Positions 13,701 through 27,300 of a DNA stretch of 64,000 nt are shown one piece after another. Source of the DNA: the human T2T-CHM13v2.0 reference genome, Homo sapiens; assembly GCF_009914755.1 (NCBI RefSeq), contig NC_060927.1. One strand, written 5' to 3'. The notes beneath the pieces are model-generated. The model worked only from the letters and a program-made list of their open reading frames with translations, made no database searches and was not told where the DNA came from. Each line of letters begins with the position of its first letter. Position 1 is the stretch's first letter. The translations under genes and the position numbers were made by a program.

Positions 13701-16174
13701 TTCCAAAGTTCCTTTTGTTATTGATTTCTAGTTTTATTCCTGCATGGTCAGAAAAGATACTTGATTATAATTTCTACTTTTTAAAGTTTTTTGAGACTTG
13801 TTTTGTGGCCTAAGATATGGTTTACTTTGAAGAATGTTTCATGTGCTGATGAAAATAATGTATACTCTGCAGTAGTTGGGTGAAATGTTCTATGACTGTC
13901 AATTAGGCCTATTTGATCTATTGTGTAGTTTAACTCCAATGTTTATTTGTTGATTTTCTGGCTGGTAATCTGTCTATTACTGACAGTGGGATGTTGAAAT
14001 CCCCTACTATTATTGTATTGCAGGCTACCTCTCCCCTTAGACCTATTAATGTTTGCTTTATATACTTGGCTCTGGTGTTGGGTGCATAGATAATTAAAAT
14101 TGTTATATTCTCTTGCTGAATTGAGCCTTTTATCATTATATAGTAACCTTCTTTGTCTATTTTTGCAGTCTTTGTCATATACTCTATTTTGGAGGATATA
14201 AGCACAACTACTCTTGTACTTTTTTGGTTTCCAAGTGCATGAAATATTTTTTTCCATTCCTTCACTTTCAGTCTGTGTGAGTCTGTCCAGGTGAAATGGT
14301 TTCTTGGAGGCAGTATATAGTTGGGTCTTCTTCCTTTATCCAGTCAGTCAATTTTTCAAATTGGAGAATTGAGTCTATTTACACCCAATGTTACTGTTTA
14401 TTAGTAAGGACTTACTACTGCCATTCCTTTTGCTTGTTTTCAGCCTGTCTTGTAATTCCTCTCTTTCTTAGTGTCTTCCTTTGTGGTTATCTTCTCTGAT
14501 AGTATTTTTTTAATCCATTGCTTTCTGTTTTTAGTGTACCTATTATAGTTTTTTGCACCATGGTTACCACAGGGCTTAAAGAAAATGTCTTATAGATATC
14601 ACAAGCTATTTTAAAGTGATGACAACTTATCTTTGATCAAAAGCAAATAATAGAAACAAATAAACAAATATGAAAAGAAAAAAACCTCTACACTTTAACT
14701 CCACCACCTCCCCTATTTTTACTTTTTATTGTCTCAATTTACATATTTTTCTATTTCCTGTCTCTTAACAGGGTTCTGAAGTTATCACTGTTTTTGACAG
14801 ACTTGTCGTTTAGACTTTATACCAGAGTTATGAGTGAATTGCACATCACAGTTACCACGTTAGAGTTTTCTGCGTTTGTCCGTGCACTTACCTCATCAGT
14901 GGCGTTATACCTTGATGTGTTTCCTTTTTGCATGTTAGTGTTTTGTTTTTTTTTTTCTTTCAGATTGAAGAACTCCCTAGAGCCTTTCTTTTAAGACAAA
15001 TCTTGTGGTGGTGAATACTTTCAGTGTTTGTCTGGAAAAGACTTTATCTCTCTTTCATATTTGAAGTACAGCTTTGTCTTACGCAGTATTTTTGGATGGA
15101 AGTTTTTTTTTTTTTTTCAGCATTTGAAAATGTCATCCCAACATTTCTTGGCCTATATGGTTTCCATGGAGAAGTTTGTTGCCAGATGAATTGTAGCTCT
15201 TTTATATGTTATGGCTTCTTTTCTCTTGCTGCTTTTTAGGGTCCTCTCTTTATCCTAGACCTTTGAGAGTTTTGATCATTATATGCCTCAGGGTAGTCTT
15301 ATTTGCGTTAAATCTGTTTGGTGTTCTGTGACATTCCTGAGCTATTTATATCTTTTTCAAGTTTTGGATAGTTTTCTGGTATTATTTGAAAAAGCTTTCT
15401 ACCCCTCGTTCTTGCTTAATTTCCTCTTGAACATCAATATTTCTTAGATGTGGTCTTTTGAGATAGTTTTCTATATCTTGTAGGCAATCTTTGGGGATTT
15501 CTTAAATTCTTTTTTCTTTTCTGACTGTATTTTCAAATAGCTTGTCTTCGAGCTAACTGATTCTCTTTGAAGTATTCTGCTCTTGAAAGCCTCATGAATT
15601 TTTCAGTTCAGCAAATCTATCATTGTCTTTTTAGGGTCAGTCACCGGTTCCTTGCTTTGTGTGTTTGGGGAGATCATGGTTCCATGTTTGCTATTGTTTT
15701 TTGTGGATGTATTAATGCATGTATCTTTGCATTGAATTATTAGTAATTTATTCCAGTCTTTTCTGTCTGTATTGTTTTATTTTTATTGAATATGTTTGCT
15801 TAGGGATTCATTGTAGTTTACCTTTTGGGTTTCTTTTTTCTCCCACTACGATACTGTTTCCTCTTCAGCACTAGAAGACAGCTTAAGCCAGGGTTTGCCT
15901 TCACTGTAGTAAATGACTAGACTGCTACATATCCTGGATGAAGGACATCCAAAAAGGAATATCCCAGCCGTGTGGGAAGGCTGGTCAGGGATTTGTGCCC
16001 AGAGGACCTATGGCACATACCTGCTACAGCCTGGTGCTACTGAACAACCACTCTAATTTGGTGCCTCCTTTGGATGAGTTACAGAGCACAGTTTCCAGGC
16101 TGGAGAGAGTAGTCCCACCTCCCATCTTTGTCTCTGACTGTCTTCAGGGATATTTCTTCCTTTAGTATTTGAGA
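10721..16174 (-). mobile_element. ~5.4 kb decayed L1M (L1MA-type 3' end) with internal deletion near 13670
   Basis: continuous antisense L1 3'UTR, ORF2 and ORF1-region sequence; possible TSD tttcttataattttt (10711) / ttttctataatcttt (16175). Confidence 0.9.
13930..14265 (-). pseudogene. L1 ORF2p endonuclease-domain remnant
   Basis: peptide WKKIFHA...DKEGYYIMIKGSIQQENITILIIYAPNT...NTIIVGDFNIPLSVIDR is the L1 APE-like endonuclease. Confidence 0.92.
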
Positions 16175-16613
16175 TTTTCTATAATCTTTAGAATAGAAGT
16201 TTTGGCCAAGACTCAAAATTACTCTAGGAAATATTGAGAAAATGTGTCCCAAAACAGTAATATATGGAATCTTGCTCTAGAGAATATTTAAAGAGATAAA
16301 CACTTATAAATAAACTAAATATTAACATATTTTGGAAATTTTATTCTGGGAAACACCAAACTGGCAAACATGGACCTAAGGGTTAACTAACTAGCTTTGT
16401 GTAAATAATGTCTTATCCAGACACCCAGTGTGTAAATCAGTTTAAAGTAGAACTTCTCTGATTTATGAAGTGTTGGAGAAATAAGGGATAGTAGCTTGAG
16501 ATTTGCTCTTTAGGTCTTCTCATTGCTCCCAAGGAAGCCCTTGAAGCCTCTCTATGGTATGGTTAAATGCTACAAATCAAAGTTTGGAATAAGGCAGCTT
16601 CTAAGATGTCTTA

Positions 16614-16816
16614 CAATGGTGTGCTCAGGTTGTCTCCTGTTGATTATCAAGAGCCTGTTCTGTTCATATCTTCCCAACCTCATGTTCAATGACATCAAGT
16701 TAGCAGCATAAAAATCAGTTACCATGGGAATACTTACACCACAGAAATTGGCAAATACTACAAATCAGGGCTTTTTTTTTTTCCTCTCCAGTGAGTCAGT
16801 TTTCCAGCACACCACT
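16614..16816. mobile_element. MER63-like hAT DNA transposon
   Basis: TIRs caatggtgtgct / agcacaccactg; internal 'tacaccacagaaattggcaaatactacaaatcaggg'. Confidence 0.75.
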
Positions 16817-17137
16817 GCTCGAAACCATGAGTCTAACTTAGCCTAAGTCTTGAGATGAGAAAGGAAAGCATAGATGGGGGAAGCTGCCACTGGTTTGCAA
16901 GTATTGTTCTGACTTTCACTTTCTATTGCATCTGGAGTAGAGGGTCCCAGACAACGGGCTATAAACTCTTTAGAGTTTTTGGAGTTATACCAAGAGATAC
17001 CTAATTCACACACACATAAGTATTTTCTCAATAAAAAATGAAAAATATAAATAAGATAATGTATACACAGGGAAAGTGTATGAGTATATGAGATGACATA
17101 TAAAGACATACACATACATATAAATGTGTGTGTGTAT

Positions 17138-17173
<36 letters not shown>

Positions 17174-17200
17174 CAGAGAGAGAGACAGAGAGAGAGAGAA
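17138..17200. repeat. compound (TA)n(GA)n microsatellite
   Basis: direct reading. Confidence 0.9.
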
Positions 17201-19669
17201 GGAGGGAGGGATATCCTTAAATGTAAAACAGCTATGAATCATTGATTTAGGGCTTTACCATAGCTATTCAATCTTGTATGGTTTATATGCCATTCAGATT
17301 TTCTCTTATACTGCAACCTCTTTGTGGAGAAGAAGCATACCTTAGCTATTTTTTATTTCTACAAACCCACCTACAATATGTTCTGAGTGGATTAATACTT
17401 GATGATTAAGCAAAGAAGGACCCTTTCCTCATTTCTTTCTCTCTTTGCCTAATGCTGTTTTCTAGGATTTAGATAGATGTTGAGGGTAAGAGGCATGAAG
17501 AAAAGAAGCCTAGAAAATAAAGTTATTTGGCCTAAAAAAAACAGTGTCTAGCACAAAGTAGGAGCTCAATAAATATTGTTAGCTGATAGACTGAAGGTTC
17601 CAGATTGACAGTGAGTAGTGTTGACAGGAGTTCCTTGGAGCAGTAGTTATGTTTTATTTATTTCTGTTTCCATGGTAATCAACATGTTTATCAGACCAAT
17701 GTCTCAACATGCTTTAATTAATTAGTTATTGTGACAATGAAGAAGTTCCTTATACCCTCTTTGGCACAGTGAAATTATCTGTAAAATGGGGATAATAATG
17801 CCCTAAAAGGAGAAGATTTTATTAACGGATCACTTGTAGCCCAGTTTAGCTGGGAGCTTTCTAACTCTCATCATTAACAGAAGAGAAGGTGATGCAATTT
17901 AAGGAGGAAGCTCAAAGAAAGACAAGTTTCCTTCTTTTTCCTGCGTATCTCCAAGCCTTCCTGTTCCAGGTCTTTATACCTTGTTTCTGTTCATTGCACT
18001 CTCAGAAGGTATTAATGTGGTTATAAACCTACAATAGAATGGTACAACTTAAGATTAAGATGATTTTATGTGAAGCTGAAAATAAAGTATATGTCTTCCT
18101 TGGCTCCTTGCAGCTTGGATGATAAGGTTCTCAGCTATGATCTTGCACAGTCTCTATGGCTGTGCATCAGTCCATCTGGATGAAAAAAAAAAACTAAGTT
18201 CCTTTGAATCACTGCAGCCTTTTGTTATGGCTCAGTTAGGCTGTAGAGACCTAAAACCATGCTTGCTGCTTACACAGTATTGTGACACTCAGCAAACCAA
18301 CCTGACCCAATTTGTAATCTCCATACCTTCTCATCTGCAATGGTAGGAAATACTTTTTTTCTCTATTTCTACCTTTTCTCCCTTGAGCAAAACCTTTGGA
18401 TTCCATTTGACTTAAAACTTACAGATTGCTTCATGGGGTCCTTCAAGAAATAATAAAATATAACACAGACTAGCAAAGCTTGTTTAGAAGAGGGGCCTAT
18501 TTTCTTCTCATTCCACACTTTGAGGGTCTTGGCCAATTGAGAATCAAGAAAGCCTGTCAAATTTACTTAATTAAAATGAAAAGAAAGAAAATCCACTTTA
18601 ACATTTCTAATCAACAGGAGTCTAATGAGTCATGTTGGTTCCTGGAGTTGAGACACAGTAGGGCATTTTTGGAGCTAATTTGCTTCATTAATATTCAAAG
18701 GATGTAGATCATCCAGCATTTTCTAGGATACTTAAGAGCCAGAAACATCAGAGGGAAAGTTTTATTTTGCAAGTCATATTAAACAGATGTCCCACATCGA
18801 AACAACTGTAGCATTTAATCTAAAGTGTTGTCAGTTTGAATAATTATCTTATTTCCTGCCTCAGTCTCACTGTCAAAGTGGACCTGCAACTCTCACCCCT
18901 AAGATTACTCCTCTTCTCCAATTTTTAGACTTGACACTGATGCTACTAAGGCCACCACGGCCAGTTCTGGGCTGATGGAAATAATTTGAGTTTTGGAGCC
19001 CATCAATCCATGTTCAAATTCAGGTCTGTTATCTCCTAGGGGACATTTTAAGATGTCAATTTAGTCAATTTGTCTTTTACTTAGTATTTAACCAATATTT
19101 ATTGAGCCTCTCTTTCCCAAGTCTTATGCTGGGAACTAGAGAAATGGGAGAATCGAGGCACTCTGAACCTCAGTTTTCTTAAATGTAAACGGGATATCAT
19201 AAATTCTACTTAGCAGTGCTAATAAAATGAGATAGGCTACAGAAGACACATGGGGCATAGTGGACATTCAATAAATTGTAGTTTTATCTCCCCCAGTGCA
19301 GGATTATCTGTATAGCTACAACTACACTCAGGCATTTGATTGCAAAGTTGTGATTTTTGGCATGTAATCGCAAGGTTGAAATGTGGGTTTAAAAGGCCAA
19401 TCTGTGAAGCACAGTTAAGCCAAAACTCTCAGTAAGAACATAATTCAGATCTCATTGTCATTTATAATGTCATCTAACAAGCAACTTGTAAGTCAATAAC
19501 TTTGAATGCACGTTAACTCTTTAAGCAACAAGTCATTAACAGAGACTTACATATACTATGCATTTAGCAAATGTTTCCTGCATTATAGGAATGAATCAGC
19601 TAGAGAGAGAGTGAACTATGTCTTTATCTAACCATATTAATAATATTCTAGACAATTTACAAAGTTATT

Positions 19670-20420
19670 TCAAGTTTATTCATTTCACTCCTGTATGTAT
19701 ACATATATATGTGTGTACATACACATATACAGAATCTACTATGTTTAGACAAGATTCTAGACACTGTAAATAATTAGTAAAGTGTGAACACTTTACTAAG
19801 TATTAAGTACTAAGTTAACACTTTTTTTTTACTAAATACTAAGTAAACACTTTACTAAGTAAATACCTTAGTAAATTACTCATATTTACTAGTAATACTA
19901 GTATTACTAGTATTTACTAAAGTATTACTAATACTAGTATTAATAAATACTAAGTTCCTGACCTCGAGGGGATTATATTCTAGTGGGAAAGACAGACAAT
20001 AAGCAAAAAAGAAATAGAATGGTACATAGTAATTGAAAAGGAAAAACAAACAAGCTAGTTTTTAGTTATCTCACACATTCTCATTCACAGAGTATGTTTT
20101 TAAGAAACTGAAATAAAATGAAGAAAAATAAAGAAAATAAAAATAATATGATAGAAGAGAGACAGATGTGCATGACACTTTCCGATGAGATGGTAATGGA
20201 AAAATCTCTCTGAGAAGGTGTTGTTTGAGTACCGACCTGAATTAAGTTAGAGAACCAGCCTAAAATCTAGGGTAAAAACATTTCAGGAAAAGAAAACAGC
20301 AAGTCCTGGGACCCAAAGTGAGAGTAAGAATTGCCTATTTGGGGAAGGACAAGATGGTTGGTGTGCTTAGAGAGGAGGAAAAGGATGGATGAGGGTGGAG
20401 TTGGTGGGAGATGAGGACCC
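19670..20420 (-). mobile_element. L2 fragment with internal AT-rich insertion
   Basis: 'tctactatgtttagaca..ttctagacactg'...'ctagtgggaaagacagacaataagcaaa'...'ctctctgagaaggtg'. Confidence 0.7.
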
Positions 20421-20423
20421 ACC

Positions 20424-20786
20424 TGATACAGTTTGGCTGTGTCCCCACCCAAATCTCATCTTGAATTGTAGCTCATGTAATTCCCACGTGCTGTAGGAGG
20501 GACCTGGTGGAAGGTAAGTGAATCCTGGGAGCAGTTCCTCCCAAACTGTTCTCATGGTAGTGAATACGTCTCATGAGATCTGATGGTTTTATAAGGGAAA
20601 ACCCTCTTTACTTGGGTCTCATTTTCTCTTTGCCAGCCACCATGTAAGAGGTGCTTTTCACCTTCTGCCATGATTGTGAGGCCTCCCTAGCCACATGGAA
20701 CTGTGAGTCCATTAAACTTCTTTTACTTTACAAATTACCCAGTCTCGGGTATGTCTTTATCGGTAGCGTAAAAACAGACTAATATA
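20424..20786 (+). mobile_element. THE1 (B-like) solo LTR
   Basis: 'tgatacagtttggctgtgtccccacccaaatctc'...'aaacagactaatata'. Confidence 0.92.
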
Positions 20787-20839
20787 CATCATAGCAGACT
20801 TTGGTAAGGATTTCAGATGTTATTCTCTATGTAATGAAG

Positions 20840-21637
20840 TGACAATTAATGCCCATGAGTGGCCCCAACAATTCCCCCTCTCATTGTTCACGTATATAAG
20901 TCCTTGCATTAAAAAGTGCATCTAGTTTCTATCCTCTTGTATCCGGGCTGCCTGAGTGAGAGAGTTGACAATAGTCTATGGTAAAGTGGTGTTCTGGGAC
21001 TCAAGTTCCAGGCCTCGGGAAGACTGATAGCATTTGCTTCCTTTCTCTTTGAGCACTAAGAACACCCTCTCTCAGAAGCCAGCTGCCATGTCCCAAGGAG
21101 AAGTCACATGAAGAATGGAGGTGGTCTGTTCAACAGACCCCCAGAGCTTCAAGCTGACAGCAGCATCAACTCTAGGAATGCAAGGGGACTATCCAGAACA
21201 TTCCAAACCATTCGAGCCCCCAGATGATCTCAGTCAACATAACATAGAGTAGGAAAACCAACCAGTCAATCCCAGTCAACAACAGAATCATGAAAGATAA
21301 TAAAGTGGTAGGTTTTTAAAAAATTTATGGAGTTGTGAAGGCCGTTTTTTTAAACTTGTATTTTAAGTTCATGGGTACAAATGCAAGTTTGTTAACATAG
21401 GTAAACTTGTGTCATGGGGGTTTGTTGTACAGATTAATTCATCACCCAGGTATTAAGCCTAGTATCCATTAGTTAGTTTTCCTGATCATCTCCCTTCTCC
21501 CAACCTCCACCCTCCGAAAGGCCCCAGTGTGTTTTGTTTCCCTCTATGTGTCCATGTGTTCTCATAATTTAGCTCCCACTTACACGTGATAATATGCGGT
21601 ATTTAGGTTTCTACAAACAGTGGATAATCAAGAAACA
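20840..21637 (+). mobile_element. MLT1 (G/H-like) LTR interrupted by L1PA
   Basis: 'agccagctgccatg...acagaatcatgaaagataataaa'; terminal 'gtggataatcaagaaaca' follows the L1. Confidence 0.6.
21345..21612 (-). mobile_element. older L1PA 3' fragment
   Basis: 'ttttaagttcatgggtaca...gtttgttgtacagatta..tcatcacccaggtattaagcctagta'. Confidence 0.85.
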
Positions 21638-23869
21638 TGAGAAACCATTGAATATTACCTTCATTACAATACTGAATTTTTATACTGTCCCTAAAGGTAG
21701 GTTTCATTACAATCTACTTTTCACAGTTAAAAAGACCGAAGTTAAATATAACTTTCCAAAAATCACACAGCACATAAAATACAGAGCCTGACTTTAGGTG
21801 TGGGTGTTCTTCCAAAATTTTTCCCCTCACGTAGAGCTAAGCATTGATTCAACCAAACAGACTAACCTGAATTGTATAGACATGAGTAATTCCAGACACT
21901 CCATTAATCACATTGCTATATACCTGGGCCATGTCTATTAAAACACTTAAGTTGCTTTTAAAGCCAGAATTGTTTTTACCATCTGCATCAGGCTATTTAA
22001 TATCCAGATTGAAAGTACTCTGGGCATGTGTGTGTGAGATACTAAAGACTTAATGTCTACTGAATGCTTTGAGCTTGAGAAAAAAAGTGAACAAATGCAT
22101 GAATTAGCTTCTGCTTATTTTGAAATTCAAAAGACTCAATATCAGTCTTCTATATTTGGAACTTCCATCTTGATCAGAGATAGTCTTATCTAAAAATGTG
22201 AGTAAAGTTATTCCTGAGAAGAGATGCAATACTTGTGACAGTCAAATATTGTGAAAAGTAACTGCATTTAGGTTATGTTAAAAAATCAACATTCAGTTTT
22301 TTTCCTGAGTCGATAAGCTGAAAATAAATTCATGAGTGCATTTTTCTTCTTTTTGTTGCAGGAGAAAACATAGAAATGTAAATGCACTTTCTACATGTGA
22401 ACTGTGCTAAGGACCTTTGAAGCTGTGCTCCTTCTTCCCAATATGACATCTGGGTTAAGGAGAAGCTTACTTTATATGGCAAATTGACTAGTACATAGTA
22501 GACCTCAATGAATAATAATTTGTTGAAAGTTTTCCTCTTCCAAGGCTCAGTTTCTTCATCTGTGAATTAAGGATGTTGCTCAAGAAGGTGAGCTTGTGCC
22601 TTCATTACCTTCATGGGTGGTGAACATTTCCCACGACGGTCCGTTCCCACACTCCACCTTGCACCCTTCTCAAAACAGTGTCCTCAAAGCTTCTACCAGT
22701 CATGCACAATTGGCTCTTGAAAAGAAACAATTTATCCTCTATTATGTAAGTATATTTTGCCCTCCAAGCTCTGAAGTTCATGACTCCATGATTCCCAAAC
22801 TATTGAAATATTTAGAATAATCCCGATTCCTCTTAAAGTATTGTCATTGCAACAAACGGAAAATGCTTGCAACATCAACAACTGCACTAAACTACCCACT
22901 ACAGACCTAGGTGATTAATTACTTAATTATTAATGATCACTTCACTTTTTGCTGCAGCATTTATAGTATCTTTTTATATTTAGGATGTAAAAAACACTTT
23001 AGCTCTTTTGAATGACAAGGTGAGCAGAGGTATCTCTCCATTAAAATTTTCTCTATAATTTGTGAGTCATAACAAACTATATTTTTATCTATACTTTTGA
23101 ATCATCAAACAAGAAACTTAAGATGAAAGAACTGGTGCCAACAGAGATCGAGGCAGGGAGAGGAGAATGCTAGTAAATAAAAGCAGAGCCTCGGAGACTT
23201 AAAAACAGTATCGACTGTGTCCAAAGCATTGTATCAGGCCTTTAGGGATCTCAAAGCAGATAATGACAAAGTGTATTCTCAAGGACCTCATTGTTTAGAT
23301 AGAGATGTAGTGGAATCCTAGCAAGATAAATACAAATACTGAGACTCATGCTAAATCTTAGATATGTGGGAGGATATATTTTAAAAATTCAGAGAAAGGT
23401 CATGTGGACTGGGACTCAGACAAGATCTTAAAGATAGCCCCTTGGAGGATACAGGACCCCTTTCTGTAGCCTGTAGCACCTAGTCAAGTGTCTGATATAC
23501 AGCTGACACTAAATAAATGTTTGGAGAACTCTGCTGACATAAGGTGCACTTAGTCAAGTAAAGAAGAGAACATCAAAATTGGGGTGGATAGCAGAAGTAA
23601 GGCAGGGGTCTGCTCCTGCTGGGCTCTGGAACATAGAATGCTGGCCTGGAGCAAAGGGTTCAAAAGGGGAGAAGAGGGTGATTCTTTCTGCACTCTGTCC
23701 CTGAGCAATCTCGCTCCCATCTGTGGCTCAACTATGCTTTCTGCTCCAAAGACTCCCATGTGTCACTTAAATGCTAGTCTAACAAACTTTCACACACTTC
23801 CCCCACACAACCACTGGACATTCCTCTTGGAATATCTCACAGAGATGTCAAAATCAAGTGGTCTAAAGC

Positions 23870-24430
23870 TCCTTTCCTAAACCTCCTCTTGAATTTCCTT
23901 TTTCTGATATTGGGAGCATCTTCACGCAGACTGGAAATTGTGCTGGCATCTTTAACCCCCTCCTCCTCTTAGGCATCTCTGTTGATTCCCCATCAGAAAA
24001 TGATTCTACATGCATAGTTGCCCACATGCCATCTTCACTGGCAGCACATGATGGCACCTGTGGTTCAGACCTCCTTGCATCTCCTTTGAGTAATTTTCTT
24101 TCCTTACCTCTGCCCAGAACCCACTGCAATCACTTCTGTCATATTAACCTCTTGGGAGAAGAGCTCAGACCTTGCCTTCTTTCATGCAAGCATCCATTAC
24201 ACTGAGTTAGTTCTTACTGTGTGCTCAGCACTGAGTTCTGTGATCGTCACCCCCACACACAACCAGAGACAATATTTCCTTCTCCTTCTTTGGATCATAT
24301 TTATTCAATTCAGCTTTTGTCTCCCCTTATAAATTTGTGAGCTACTTGAAACCATGTTCATGTTTGTCACTGTATCCATATCACACAGTCTTGCATACCG
24401 CTGGCACTTAACCAATGTATGTAGAAAAAA
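23870..24430 (+). mobile_element. L2 fragment(s)
   Basis: 'ttgtgagctacttgaaacca...cactgtatcc...ggcacttaaccaatgtatg'. Confidence 0.55.
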
Positions 24431-24925
24431 AGAAATTAATGAGGGAGGCTGGGACTAGAGGGCTAGAGAATCCTCAATGCCAGGCTAAGGAATTTGGCCA
24501 TCATCATTTAGGTATTCTGGAGCTTCTGAAGTTCTTGGCTCTGTCGAGCAACATCTGCAAGGCTATGAATTAGGAAGATTGCTCTGGCGCCAACAGGTAG
24601 AATGATCTGGAGGGGAGGAATCAGCTGCATAGAAAGAGCCTCGATTTTCTGGGGAAATGTGAGGCAAATGAAAAACTGGTTAGGAGAAAATAAGCATAGG
24701 CATTAAAATAGAAATTTAGAGAAAAAAAGATAATCAGTCTATCATTTAGAATATCTGTATTTCTAAAGGATCACATGAAGTGTCATTATAGTATCCAACA
24801 GTTGTCTGTGGTAATGAGGTGGGGAGGACAGTGTTAACATAAAGTCACATTAAACATTTTCTGGGATAAAAAATCGTAAAAATAAATACACATATACTAA
24901 CAAAAATAAACTTTTGTTATGCCAT

Positions 24926-25102
24926 TATATATATATATATAGATATCTATATATATATCTATATATATATAGATAGATATCTATATAGATATCTATATAT
25001 ATATAGATATATAGATATCTATATAGATATCTATATATATATAGATATCTATATAGATATCTATATATCTATATATATCTTTCTCTCTCTCTCTCTCTCT
25101 CT
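24926..25102. repeat. TA/GATATC self-complementary repeat followed by (TC)n
   Basis: repeated ATAGATATCTAT units; contains an 82-bp perfect palindrome at 24997-25078. Confidence 0.9.
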
Positions 25103-25589
25103 CGCACACACACCCCCACACACTTAAACATACGCACATCTAAGGCCAGAAAAGGGAAATTTAAAAGATGGCTTAGCTTACCTTATTTGCACTGCCCTGA
25201 CTATCTGCTGATATAGGTATGTGTGAGTAAGGAAAGGGTTACAGAAAACTCCAATGGAAGGGAGGTGATTGAAGAGGTGCCACAAAGGGTATTACCAGAC
25301 GCTGGGGAAGTTGGAAAATTGCACCATCCTCATATTCACATTACGTGTACGCTGCACCAAAAGCTTCTCTCACTGATGTATCAGTTTGGTCAGAAAACTT
25401 GGTCCTATTCCCAATGGGACTGGGCAGGTATAAGGGTGAATAAAGATGCCCACAAAGGTGCTGATGAGTAATGAGAGAAAATAAGTCCTGGCCTCCTGGG
25501 TTTGGAAATGCACTTTCTTTATCTCAAAACAAAATTTGTAGATAGCTGTCAAGCTTTAAAGATGCACACTTCCCAGGACCAGACCACCA

Positions 25590-27300
25590 GAATTTATTAA
25601 TTCAGTGACACTTCTTATTTGTTCTATATCAGCTTCTAGGATTTAAGGAGATCCAATGGCAAACCAGACAGGCTTGATCCTTGTGCTCATGAGTGTACGG
25701 TCTAGCCATGAGAATAAACATTCAGCCATTAACCACCATTAACTACAATGAGTATAGTGACTGGGGAGGTACAGGCCTCACGGGGCAGTCAGCAGGGTCA
25801 GAGGAGAGTAGCCAAAACTGGCAAAGCATATTGAGAAAGACCAAGAGGAAGTGGCATTAAGACTGAGACCAGAGAGTAAAAGGAGGTAGCAAGTGAAGTG
25901 GTGAGGAAACATCTTGCAGAGGAAAGGCTGTGTGCAAAGGCCAGGTGATTTGAGGAACTGGAAGCAGCTCAGTGTGGCTGGAATATTGAGGAGAGGCTGA
26001 AGAGTGATGAGAATTAAAAGTAGAGAGTATTAAAATGAATGTTTGCTGGGGCGAGGCATACAACCTTTATTCTAGGTGCATCAAAAAATCACAGAAGTCT
26101 TTAATGCAGAAAATTGAGAATATGAGCTTTATCACTGATAAAAGTTATCTGGCTGACAGGAGGAGAATGAACCAAAGGAGAAATCACTGAAAGCTGGTGG
26201 TTGAAGATGCCACCATCTCCTTCTGTCATCTTGAGTGACTTCTTTCATTGTTACATACACAGTTGCCTGGTTTGAGAAAAAAAAAAAAAAACCCAACAAC
26301 AACAAAAAATCCTAACCTGACATCTCATCAATTGTGAGATTTTTCTGAGCTGGTCATTTTGGATAATGTTATGGAAAAGCCAGCAGAATCTGAGTAATTA
26401 TTTCATTCAGTCATTCACTCATCTACATAGGTGGAGTAATCAAGGTAAAGTCTTCTTCCCCATTGTGTTCTCTGTCCTGCCAGGGAAAGAGACAAAGGAA
26501 TCGATAATTCCAATACAGTGGAATGACGGCTAAAACAGACAAGGGTGCTCAAGTCATAGGACGAGTATAAATAGGGAAAGTTAATTCTGTTGTGGGATGT
26601 CAGGAAGTGCTTTCAGGAAAACTGACACTTAAGCAGAATAATCAATAAAACTGTTAATATTATTGATTAATAAAAGAATAATAATGTTAATATGATTAAT
26701 AAAACAATTCATTATAAAATATGTACTGATAAGCCTTGAGTGTTTTTTCTTACATTGTCTTATTAAACACCATAAAAACCCTGCAAAGTAGGTATTTGTA
26801 AGCTATTGTGCAAATGACGAAACCAGAGACACAAAACATTAGACAACAAGCTCTATAGTTCAGCTTGTGTAGCCCAATTCAAAGTCTATTCCCTTTCCAC
26901 TGAAACACGCTGCTAGGATTTAACCACATGTACAGAGAAAGGAAAGGTATTTTAGGTAGATGAAACAGCCTGAGCAAAAACAGTGAGCAAGAAGAGGCAT
27001 GGGACATATGGGATGTGAATGTGATTACTCTGCATGCAGAGAAGGTCCATGCGGGAATCTGTTGAGAGGGGAAACAGGAGAAACAAGCTAAGTGCAGGCC
27101 CTGACCAGCAATGGGCTGGACTTCACTGTGACAACAGAGCCTCAGAAGACAACTGAGCCAGCAGGTGGCGAGAGTAGATCCACGTTTTATAAGGGGTACT
27201 CCGTCAGCCTCATTGGTGGGGATATGGAGCTACAGGCAGGGAGGAGGGCTGCAGGAATCTGGGGAAGAGAGGCTGGGGTCTGCACGAGGGCATAGCAATG
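25590..27300 (-). mobile_element. L2 fragments with a MIR (~26700-26910) inserted
   Basis: 'gcagaggaaaggctgtgtgcaaaggcc', 'cattcagtcattcactcat', MIR 'gcaaatgacgaaaccagagacaca'. Confidence 0.6.

Noticed and set aside
10721-16174. Potentially active L1
   Set aside because: Many stops and frameshifts, internal deletion, old L1M type; only a 111-aa endonuclease remnant stays open.
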